64,000 nt of DNA, from NCBI GenBank assembly GCA_964565955.1, contig CAZMHC010000005.1, positions 11,560 through 75,559 on the forward strand, written 5' to 3'. Both the position numbers and the translations under genes were made by a program. The DNA is from an uncultured Terracidiphilus sp. Its GTDB lineage: Bacteria; Acidobacteriota; Terriglobia; Terriglobales; Acidobacteriaceae. Position 1 is the stretch's first letter. Each line of letters opens with the position of its first letter. A model generated the notes under the pieces. It ran no database searches. It saw only the letters and a program-made list of their open reading frames with translations, and had not been told where the DNA came from. Shown piece after piece: positions 44,501-51,452 of this stretch.

Positions 44501-46567
44501 GGATTCGTGAATACGGATCTCTTCCTGAACGTCGTGGAAACCGCCGACAACCTGTTGCTGAATTGCGATTACAACACGGACCTGATCGACTCAAGCACTC
44601 TCGAACGGTGGATGTCGTCGTATGCGGCGATCCTGCGCGGAATGGCCGCGAATGCAAGCCGGGATGTGGAGGAGTTGGAGCTGATGGATGAGAAGGAGCG
44701 AAGGCTGGTGCTGGAGGAGTGGAACCGCACCGCCGTGGACTTCGGCCCATTCGAGCCGATCTACCGAACCATCGAAAGGCAGGCGGCCAAAGCGCCGAAT
44801 CGAGTTGCCACCATCTGCGAGGGAACGGAGTGGACGTATCGGCAACTCAACGAGTACAGCAACCGCATGGCGCGGCACCTGCGCCGCCAGGGCGTCAAAG
44901 AAGGTTCGCTGGTGGGCGTATGCCTGGAACGCTCGCACCAGATGCTGGGCGCGGTGCTGGGCGTACTCAAGGCGGGCGCTGCGTATCTGCCCCTCGATCC
45001 CAGCCATCCGACGAACCGTCTGCAAATGGTGATGGAGGATGCGCAGGCATCGCTGCTGCTTACCCAGGAGCCTATCGCCGCGCGCCTGCAAACCGGCGCT
45101 CGAGTGGTTTGCCTGGACAGCGAACAGACCTTGTGGGCGCGGGAGAGCGGCGCGGACCTGGATAGAACGAACGCGCCGGATTCCCTGGCATACGTGATCT
45201 ATACGTCGGGGTCCACAGGGCGCCCCAAGGGCGTCGCCATCGAACATGGCGCGTTGCACAACCTGCTGCGCAGCATGGAACGGGAACCGGGCCTGAGTGC
45301 AGACGATACGTTGGTCGCGGTCACCACGCTGTCCTTCGATATTGCGGCCCTGGAACTGTTTTTGCCGTTGATGGTCGGCGCCCGTCTGGCAATAGCCTCC
45401 AGGGAGCAGGTTTTCGACGGCTTCCGGCTTCTGAACCTGCTGGAGCAGTCGCGGGCGACCGTGATGCAGGCAACGCCGTCCGGTTGGCGGATACTGCTCG
45501 AGGCCGGCTGGAAAGGCCAGCCTCGGCTGAAGGTTCTGTGCGGCGGCGAGGCCTTGCCCCGCGATTTGGCCGATTCTCTGCTGGACGCGAGCGACCAGGT
45601 GTGGAACGTCTACGGGCCGACGGAAACCACCATCTGGTCTTCGGCGACCCGGCTTGAAAAGCTGTCTGGGCCGGTGCCGATCGGACCGCCCATCGCCAAT
45701 ACCCAGTTCTACGCGCTCGACGAGCGTCTGCAACCGGTGCCGGTGGGAGTGATCGGGGAGTTGTTCATAGGCGGCGCCGGGCTGGCGCGCGGCTACTGGA
45801 AGAGACCGGAATTGACCGCGCAAAAATTTCTGCCCAATCCCTTTGGCGACGGACGCATCTATCGCACCGGCGATCTGGCGCGCTGGCTTCCCGACGGTCA
45901 CATCGAATTGCTGGGCCGGACCGACTTCCAGGTGAAGGTGCGGGGCTTCCGCATTGAACTGGGTGAAATCGAAACCGCGTTGGCCAGCCATCCGGCGGTG
46001 CGCGACGCGGTGGCGGCGGCGGTGGAATTCGGACCGGGAGACAAGCGGTTGGCTGCCTGGGTCGACTCGGCGCAGACCCCGCCGCCCGCGGATTTGGAGG
46101 CGCAACTGCACTCTCTGCTCTCCGAAAAGCTTCCGGAGTATATGCGTCCGGCCATCGTCACGGTGCTGCAGGCGCTGCCCCGGACCGCCAACGGCAAGAT
46201 CGACCGCAAGTCACTGCCGAATCCGGCCATCGCGGGCAAGGCGCACAAACGTCCGTTCACGCCGGCGGAGACGCCCGAACAAAAGAAACTGGCGGCAATC
46301 TGGGCCGAAGTCTTGCAATTGGATCAGGTCAGCATCACCGACAGCATCTTCGAGCTGGGAGCCGATTCGCTGCTCATCTTCCGCATCTCGGTGCGCGCCG
46401 GTCGCGAGGGGCTGCCCATCCAACCCGCGCAGATATTCCAGCACCGCACCATCGCCGATCTGTCGAGGGTTCTTGAGGAGACCAAGTCCGCGAGAGTGGA
46501 AAACGCCTCCGCCGGTCCGGCCATCACCGCTGTTTCGCGAAGGGAATTTCGGAGGACGAAAGCCTGA
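38510..46567 (+). CDS. Hybrid PKS-NRPS megasynthase: KS-AT-ACP-aminotransferase(class III)-C-A-T
   Basis: ATGA overlap with the upstream stop (38510-38513). KS is about 38540-39835 (AACATS Cys, EAHGTAT, NIGH). AT is about 40124-40981 (GHSLGE, HAFH). ACP is about 41333-41551 (LGLDSL). The PLP aminotransferase is about 41969-43291 (GKVIGGGYPIG). C is about 43385-44716 (HHIVLDGWS). A is about 44744-46231 (LAYVIYTSGSTGRPKGV, FDIAALE, NVYGPTETTIW; code DILQLGVIWK). PCP is about 46265-46486 (FELGADSLL). Confidence 0.95.
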   Translation: MSGPENENRLEGVAIVGMSGKFPGAPDLESFWANVLAGTDTITRFSRAELEARDRASVEFGPDYVAAHGVLQGAEMFDAGFFGIPPREADFMDPQHRLFLETCWNALEDGGFDPAQYPGQIGVFGGCSLNTYLLANLSASREFIDELTGNYQVGEFQALLGNDKDFLCTRAAYKLNLRGPCLTVQAACATSLVAICQASQSLLTYQCDMALAGGVSVTFPQYRGYVNQEGSMGSQDGRCRPFDADATGTVFGHGVGVVLLKRLEDAIADGDRIDAVIRGFAVNNDGAAKVSYMAPGVEGQTAAIASAQAMAGVSADAITYVEAHGTATPLGDPVEVAALTRAFRQSTQRSGFCALGSTKANIGHLDAAAGVSGLIKTVLAMRHRTIPPVGNFRRPNPRIDFASTPFYVNGDAAPWLSEGPRMAGVSAFGVGGVNAHLVLEEAPKDGGDRPARPAQLLCVSARSEAALDAALSNLARHLKENPEQELADVSHTLQIGRRGFDRRASVVCSSVDDAARILADSGNRKIHRSSNVLARPQAIFLFTGQGAQFAGMGGTLYRTEPVYREQIDECAEILRPLLDLDIRTPLFPKEADASAAALHETRLAQPALFVTELAMARLWMEWGIEPKAMAGHSLGEFVAAVIAGAMSREDGLRLVAERGRLMQSMERGAMLSVRLSEERITPLLDERTSLAALNGPSLCVASGPVEAIEELERRLERESVGCKRLRTSHAFHSAMMDPMLDAFEAEVRRTALRAPSIPYVSGVTGAWITPEEAVSPRYWRYHCRKPVRFAEAAALLLDLPEAVLLEVGPGQTLTALACQQRGTRAIPIVASMAERDAEAVGSETMLEALGRLWEVGIQPEWKRFWSHERRQRLSLPTYPFERKKHWIDPPPQAATDNAPRPAAAESALEQAGASLRASEDQIERETAMTTDANAIAPERRLRLQPMVASLFEELSGIATGPDSFDTSFMELGLDSLFLTQATQAVQRRFGVKVTFRQMVEQYSSIGALAERLDSILPADAFPAEQPQAPVAAVAAEQAVSALAVAASAIPGSSVAPGSPLEALLQAQMQAMSQLFERQLAAVRGAASAAEPVRGAASAAEPVRGAAPASTPTQTAQAQISAPVAAKKAAASEAAPTGGFKTHGPFKPVQAGSKDGLTEPQREFIQALVARYSRRSGKSKEYTQRHRQHLTDPRAVAGFRSLWKEMVYPLVTNRSKGSRIWDLDGNEYIDIVNGFGAIMFGHGPEFVSEAVHKQIDLGVEIGPQSSLAGEVADLICELTGMDRAAFCNTGSEAVMAALRMARAVTARDKIVYFTGDYHGTFDEALLRATPHGAAPIAPGIMAGNVTVLEYGADASLEFIRAHGEEIAAVMVEPIQSRHPEVQPREFLHELRKITEQAGTALIFDEVVTGFRVALGGAQEYYGIRADLATYGKVIGGGYPIGVVAGKAEYLDTLDGGAWQYGDDSAPEVGMTFFAGTFVRHPLALAAAKASLLHLKAAGPELQETLSRKVAEAARAVEASFREAGLDTPVHPCGAWFTFNLPAEARFGSLLYCLMREKGVHILESYPCFFTTAHSDEDFARVVATFREAILEMRQGGMLPASAEPALSAPAAAVPALHPEARRESPDSAPLTESQREIWLAATRGDDANCAFNESLLLRLRGAANEEEVRYSLEAAIARHDALRSTVDPNEECMRIAPAFTGQIPFVDLSALSAEERGAFLDARIAEEGRTPFDLSSGPLVRAILFRTAPDELELLLTGHHIVLDGWSSNQLLEDAGGIYSAAKTKSKPALAPLMPFSSYALKEREETQAGAYAENERYWVEVFAGRAPVLDLPTDRPRPAMKTYSGATLQTSLGAELSAELKKASSRLGCTQYVILLSAFQILMHRLTRQSEVVVGISAAGQALFDDASLVGHCVHFLPMLSVLPKSRTVKDHLAATRGQLLDAYDHQEFTYGTLLRKLPIPRSANRLPLIEVQFNLEKLGTNLHFEGLQTEVRSNPKGFVNTDLFLNVVETADNLLLNCDYNTDLIDSSTLERWMSSYAAILRGMAANASRDVEELELMDEKERRLVLEEWNRTAVDFGPFEPIYRTIERQAAKAPNRVATICEGTEWTYRQLNEYSNRMARHLRRQGVKEGSLVGVCLERSHQMLGAVLGVLKAGAAYLPLDPSHPTNRLQMVMEDAQASLLLTQEPIAARLQTGARVVCLDSEQTLWARESGADLDRTNAPDSLAYVIYTSGSTGRPKGVAIEHGALHNLLRSMEREPGLSADDTLVAVTTLSFDIAALELFLPLMVGARLAIASREQVFDGFRLLNLLEQSRATVMQATPSGWRILLEAGWKGQPRLKVLCGGEALPRDLADSLLDASDQVWNVYGPTETTIWSSATRLEKLSGPVPIGPPIANTQFYALDERLQPVPVGVIGELFIGGAGLARGYWKRPELTAQKFLPNPFGDGRIYRTGDLARWLPDGHIELLGRTDFQVKVRGFRIELGEIETALASHPAVRDAVAAAVEFGPGDKRLAAWVDSAQTPPPADLEAQLHSLLSEKLPEYMRPAIVTVLQALPRTANGKIDRKSLPNPAIAGKAHKRPFTPAETPEQKKLAAIWAEVLQLDQVSITDSIFELGADSLLIFRISVRAGREGLPIQPAQIFQHRTIADLSRVLEETKSARVENASAGPAITAVSRREFRRTKA

Positions 46568-49170
46568 TGTGGAACGCAACGGAAAAGACAGTTCTCTCCA
46601 ACGATAGCAAGCGCGACGAGGCCGAGGCGGACCGGGAAGTTTTTGTGATGCCGGCAACGCCCAGTCAGGCGCGCTTCTGGCTGCTGCACCAAATGCATCC
46701 CGGCAATCACGCGCTGAATATGCCGATCGCATGGACCTGCCGGGGAAGGTTCGATCCCGATCTGGCGGCGTCCGCGCTGGGAGAGTTGGCGCGCCGCCAT
46801 GAGTCGTTGCGCACCACCTTCGAGGTGGTGGACGGCAAGGTGTCGCAGGTGATTCATCCGCCTTGCGACGTACCGCTCCCGATCGAAGATTTGCGGCCGC
46901 TGGCGGACGATGCGCGCCGGCAGCAAGTGGACGCGATCATCCAGCGCCACGCCCGCATCCGGATCGATCTGGAAAAGGGGCCGCTTCTGTTGGCGCGGGC
47001 GATCCGAATGGGCGCCGAGGAGCATATTCTTCTCATCACCATCCATCACAGCGTCTGCGACGGATGGTCGAACGGGGTGGCGCTTCGGGATTTTGCCGCA
47101 ATCTACGACGGATTGGCGCGCCGGGTTCCCGTTCAACTGCCGGAGTTGCCGATCCAGTTCGGGGATTACGCGGTCTGGCTGGAGCAGTTGAGAAGAGAGA
47201 AGGAGCATTCGGAGTCGCTGCGGTTCTGGCGCGAGACCCTGGGCGGAAACTTCACCCCGCTTCGCATCCGGCGCGACTTCCCCGGCGGCGGAGCCGAAGA
47301 ACAGGGCACCATCGAGACTCTTCTTCTGAATCCGGAACAGGCGCGGCGGGCGCGGGATTTCTGCGCCGAGCGGGGAGTGACGCTCTATATGCTGCTGCTG
47401 TCCGTCTACGCCGCAACGCTCACCCGGCTGACCGGACAGGAAGACATTCTGATCGGCACGCCCTGCGCCAACCGGCCTCCGGAGACGCAAGACCTGATCG
47501 GTCCCTTTTCCAATCCTCAGCTAATTCGGATGCGGATGGAAAAGGAGGACACTTTCGCGGCGGTTCTCGATCGCGTCCGCGACTGGGCGCTGCGCGCGGT
47601 GGTTCATCAGAATCTTCCCTTCGAGGATCTGAACGAAGACGAGTTCTTCTCGCGCGAGGAGAACCAGATTTCTCTCCAGGTTTACTTCATCTATCAGAAG
47701 GCCTTCATGCAGGTCCAGCATACGCCTTCCCTGGAGATCGTCCCCTTGCGTTCCGTCAGTCCGGGAACCATGTTCGACCTGATGCTGAGCATCGTGGAAC
47801 GCGCCGAAGGCCCGCGTCTGCAATTGGAGTACAATCCCGGGTTCTTCCGCGACACGACCATACAACGCATCTTGCGGCTCTATGAGAGCATCCTTGAAAC
47901 CATGCTTTCGAACACGGAAGGCATGGTGGTGGAAGAGCCGGCGCGGGAGGAAAGCGAAGCGCGGCCGTCCAGCGCGGATGCGGATCGACTTGTAGCCGAA
48001 GAGGCCGCCGGCCGGAATGGATTTTTGAGCGCCGGTCTGAACGATGGCGCGCCAGCGGCCGACAAGCGGGGCGCGGATCGCTTGGCGCCCCGCGATGCGC
48101 TGGAGATGCAGTTGTCTGGAATCTGGGAGACGGCGATGGGGATCAAGAACCTGAGCGTCCGAGACAGTTTCTTCGACCTCGGCGGGCAATCCCTGGCCGC
48201 AATGCGGATCGTTTCCCGCGTCAACAAGATATATTCGCTCGATTTCGGCCTGGCTGTGCTGTTCTCCGGGCACACGGTCGAGCGGATGGCGGAGTTGGTA
48301 CGGAATCGTCTTGCCGCCAACAGCAACTCCTCGATCGTTCCCATGCAGTCGCGTGGATCGGCAGCCCCGCTTTTCATCATTCACGGCGCGGGGGGGAACA
48401 TTATCCGCTTCTACCAGCTTGCCATGCTGGTCGGGACCGACCATCCGATCTATGGCGTACAGGCGCAGTCGCTGCTGGCCGACCAGCCCGCGCTCCTGTT
48501 TCTTGAAGATCAAGCGGCGTATTACCTGGCCGAGATACGAAAGGTTCAGCCCAAGGGACCGTACTACTTTCTGGGGTATTCGTATGGCGGCACGGTGGCT
48601 CTTGAAATAGCGCATCAGTTGCGCGCTCTGGGAGAGCGTGTGGAACTGCTCGGTTTGCTCGACAGCCGGCAACGCGATTCGATCGCAATGACGCAACGGA
48701 AGGACCCCGCGCGGGTGAAACTGGATCGCCGCATCTCCCGCTTCCGGGGCAATCTTTCCGCTCTCTCTGTTCGGGAAACGGCAGTCTACCTGTGGGAAAA
48801 ACTGTATACCAGAAGCCTGCGCCGGGCCTACGCGGCGGCGGCGGCGATGGGCTTTCGCTCCGTGCCATCGTTCATGAAGAGCACCGACGATATTTGCTAT
48901 GTGGCGGCCATGCACTACCGGCCGCGGCCGTGGCATGGATCGGTGACGCTGTTTCGCGCCTCCGTCCAGCCGGATTCCCGGTTGCCGCTGGACTTGGGAT
49001 GGGCGCCTCTGGCGGAGGGCGGAGTCGAAATATGCGACTTGCCCGGCGATCACGACCTGATATTCCGCGAACCGAACATTCAGGTTTTGGCGGCGCAGAT
49101 CAGGGCGCGCCTGGAACGATCCAATGCGGCCGAGGTTGGCGACCCTGAACCGGCGGCCTGCGCAAAGTAA
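46567..49170 (+). CDS. NRPS termination protein C-T-TE lacking an adenylation domain
   Basis: TGATG overlap with the upstream stop. C is about 46639-47961 (HHSVCDGWS). PCP is about 48079-48306 (FFDLGGQSL). TE is about 48364-49146 (GYSYGG). At 867 aa there is no room for an A domain, and no A-domain core motifs are present. Confidence 0.9.
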   Translation: MWNATEKTVLSNDSKRDEAEADREVFVMPATPSQARFWLLHQMHPGNHALNMPIAWTCRGRFDPDLAASALGELARRHESLRTTFEVVDGKVSQVIHPPCDVPLPIEDLRPLADDARRQQVDAIIQRHARIRIDLEKGPLLLARAIRMGAEEHILLITIHHSVCDGWSNGVALRDFAAIYDGLARRVPVQLPELPIQFGDYAVWLEQLRREKEHSESLRFWRETLGGNFTPLRIRRDFPGGGAEEQGTIETLLLNPEQARRARDFCAERGVTLYMLLLSVYAATLTRLTGQEDILIGTPCANRPPETQDLIGPFSNPQLIRMRMEKEDTFAAVLDRVRDWALRAVVHQNLPFEDLNEDEFFSREENQISLQVYFIYQKAFMQVQHTPSLEIVPLRSVSPGTMFDLMLSIVERAEGPRLQLEYNPGFFRDTTIQRILRLYESILETMLSNTEGMVVEEPAREESEARPSSADADRLVAEEAAGRNGFLSAGLNDGAPAADKRGADRLAPRDALEMQLSGIWETAMGIKNLSVRDSFFDLGGQSLAAMRIVSRVNKIYSLDFGLAVLFSGHTVERMAELVRNRLAANSNSSIVPMQSRGSAAPLFIIHGAGGNIIRFYQLAMLVGTDHPIYGVQAQSLLADQPALLFLEDQAAYYLAEIRKVQPKGPYYFLGYSYGGTVALEIAHQLRALGERVELLGLLDSRQRDSIAMTQRKDPARVKLDRRISRFRGNLSALSVRETAVYLWEKLYTRSLRRAYAAAAAMGFRSVPSFMKSTDDICYVAAMHYRPRPWHGSVTLFRASVQPDSRLPLDLGWAPLAEGGVEICDLPGDHDLIFREPNIQVLAAQIRARLERSNAAEVGDPEPAACAK

Positions 49171-49185
49171 GGAGAAAGGCGCCCG

Positions 49186-50139
49186 ATGACCATTCGCCAC
49201 GTGTACATGGTGCTCTCGCCGCGCTCCCTGGGCTATGCGGGAGACGCGCTGGAGAGTTTGTTTTGCAACTCTCTTGAAGACCTTCACCTTAGTCTCGTCA
49301 CCGACTCCGAGCGGGACAAGGAGGAGTTGTCCGAGAAGCTGGCGACGCTCGATGCCAAGGCGCATCGGTGGAAGGTTTATTCGGAGCAAGACCTGGCCGA
49401 GCGGGAGGAAGCGCTCTTCGCCGAGCACGGCAACCTGCGCGCTTTCCGGCGCGGCCACCCCTGCTGGCGCAAGATCACGGATCCGTTGCTGCTGAGCGAT
49501 CCGGGCGAGGAACTGGTGCTGCTCGACCCGGACCTTTACTTCCCCAACCGTTTTCAGTTCGAGCGAACGCCGCCGGACGGTTTGCTGCTGATGTGGCAGC
49601 GTCCCAACTGCCTCTTTCCACCGGAGACGGTTAGAACGGCCATCGGCGCGGGGATTCGGCTTGCCCACCATGTGGACATCGGGGTCGCGCACTGGCGCGC
49701 GTCGGCGGACCTGGACTGGCTGGACTGGCTGGTGGGCAGGCTGGGAGGCGTCAAGCTGCCGCGCATCATGCACATCGAAGCGATTGTGTGGGCGGCACTG
49801 GCCATGCGATCGGGCGGAGGCTATCTCGATCCCGATCGCTGGAAATGCTGGCGCCGTTCGCCGGCCAAGCGAGTGATGTCGAAGCTGGGCGTAAGCGGAC
49901 GGCGCATTCTCGCATCGGAACCCTGGTCCGGCTTGAAGTGCTTTCACGCGGGCGGGGAAGCGAAATGGTGGCTGCACGAGGCCAGGGAAGCGGGGTTGCT
50001 GGACGGCGGGGCGACGCTGGACCAGCCAGGCCGAATCCTCCCTTTTGTGGAACTGACGCCGGCATACTTCGCGCGCGAGCGGGCGTTCAAGAGAGTGCTC
50101 GGCGCTCTGGGGTATTACCATATCTTCCGTACCGCGTGA
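49186..50139 (+). CDS. Hypothetical protein, possibly a GT-A fold (GT8-like) nucleotide-sugar transferase
   Basis: GGAGAAAGG RBS lies 6 nt upstream. Weak resemblance to GT8 comes from a DxD-like LLDPDLYF and a C-terminal FHAGGEAKWW, compared with H..G..KPW. No confident family assignment. Confidence 0.45.
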   Translation: MTIRHVYMVLSPRSLGYAGDALESLFCNSLEDLHLSLVTDSERDKEELSEKLATLDAKAHRWKVYSEQDLAEREEALFAEHGNLRAFRRGHPCWRKITDPLLLSDPGEELVLLDPDLYFPNRFQFERTPPDGLLLMWQRPNCLFPPETVRTAIGAGIRLAHHVDIGVAHWRASADLDWLDWLVGRLGGVKLPRIMHIEAIVWAALAMRSGGGYLDPDRWKCWRRSPAKRVMSKLGVSGRRILASEPWSGLKCFHAGGEAKWWLHEAREAGLLDGGATLDQPGRILPFVELTPAYFARERAFKRVLGALGYYHIFRTA

Positions 50140-50145
50140 GTTCCC

Positions 50146-51435
50146 ATGAGAATCTGCGTTGTTGCCGAGCACGCCTCGACACGCTTCGGCGGCGAAGCCA
50201 TCCTTCCCGTGCATTACTTTCGCCTGTTGCGGTCCCGCGGCATCGAGAGCTGGCTGGTCGCGCACACGCGAACGCGCGGCGAAGTGGAGGAGTTGTTCGC
50301 GGGGGACATCGACAGGCTTCTGTTCGTTCCCGACCTGTGGATTCAGAAGCTGTGCTTTCGTCTCGGCGGCTATCTGCCCAGGCGATTGGCGGAAGCCACG
50401 TTTGGGCTTTTCAACCAGATCGTTACACAATTCTGCCAGCGTGGAATCGTGCGCCGACTGATCCGCGAGCGCGGGATCGACGTGGTTCACCAGCCCATTC
50501 CGGTCGCTCCACGATTTCCTTCCCTGCTGTTCGGATTGGGCGTTCCCGTGGTGATCGGGCCGCTGAACGGCGGAATGGAATACCCGCCCGCGTTTCGCCG
50601 CTCCGAGGCATGGATCAGTCGCGCGGCGATCGCCGCGGGTCGGCTGTTTACGAATGCGGGCAACGCGCTGCTGCCGGGCAAGAAGTTCGCCAGCGTGGTG
50701 CTGGTGGCCAATGAACGTACGCGGCGGGCCTTGCCTTCGGGAATTCGCGGCAAGGTCGTCGAACTGGTGGAGAATGGGATCGACTTCGGCCTCTGGCAAG
50801 GCTCGTCCGACAATGTGGAGAGCGCGGTTCCTCGCTTTGTCTTCATCGGACGCCTGGTGGATTGGAAGGCTCTGGATATAGCGATTCGGGCTTTGGAGAA
50901 GGTTGCCTCCGCGGAACTCGAAGTCATCGGCGATGGCCCCATGTTGGAAACATGGCGATCGCTGGCGGGTGAACTTGGGGTGAAGCGCCGCGTTCATTTC
51001 GTGGGGTGGTTGACGCAGCGGGAGTGCGCCGATCGGTTGCGGGCCGCTGTCGCGCTGGTTTTGCCTAGCCTTTACGAGTGCGGGGGCGCCGTTGTGCTGG
51101 AGGCCATGGCCATGGGCAAGCCGGTGATAGCCACGGATTGGGGCGGTCCGGCGGATTATCTGGACGCCTCCTGCGGAATGCTGGTCGCGCCAACGAGCTA
51201 CGAAAGCCTGGTGGACGGATTCGCCGCGGCGATGCGCAAGACAATGGATTCTCCCGAACTGGCGAAGTCCATGGGCGCGGCGGGACGGGAACGGGCGATT
51301 CGCGATTTCGATTGGCAGCGGAAGATCGAGCGGGTCATCGGCATCTACCGTCTGCTTGCCGAAGAACCCGGCCTTCCCCAGGAATTCAAAGAAGAACCGG
51401 TTTCCGCGCCGGCGATTTCACAACGCAACTGCTGA
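50146..51435 (+). CDS. Glycosyltransferase family 4 (GT-B)
   Basis: MRICVVAEHASTRFGGEA at the N-terminus. The C-terminal signature is PSLYECGGAVVLEAMAMGKPVIATDWGGPADY. Confidence 0.85.
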   Translation: MRICVVAEHASTRFGGEAILPVHYFRLLRSRGIESWLVAHTRTRGEVEELFAGDIDRLLFVPDLWIQKLCFRLGGYLPRRLAEATFGLFNQIVTQFCQRGIVRRLIRERGIDVVHQPIPVAPRFPSLLFGLGVPVVIGPLNGGMEYPPAFRRSEAWISRAAIAAGRLFTNAGNALLPGKKFASVVLVANERTRRALPSGIRGKVVELVENGIDFGLWQGSSDNVESAVPRFVFIGRLVDWKALDIAIRALEKVASAELEVIGDGPMLETWRSLAGELGVKRRVHFVGWLTQRECADRLRAAVALVLPSLYECGGAVVLEAMAMGKPVIATDWGGPADYLDASCGMLVAPTSYESLVDGFAAAMRKTMDSPELAKSMGAAGRERAIRDFDWQRKIERVIGIYRLLAEEPGLPQEFKEEPVSAPAISQRNC

Positions 51436-51452
51436 AGACAGGTCGGTCGCAC

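Noticed and set aside
47521-50997. Very long antisense or overlapping ORFs in the track. Examples are 47521-50997 minus (1158 aa), 38450-40306 minus, 44591-46111 minus, 162-1211 minus, 26755-28416 plus, 38263-40308 plus and 16130-17728 minus.
   Set aside because: Their translations are Arg/Pro/Gly/Ala-rich and of low complexity, with no recognisable motifs. The alternative frame or strand at each position encodes proteins with clear, contiguous catalytic motifs. Long stop-free antisense frames are expected in DNA with strong GC3 bias.
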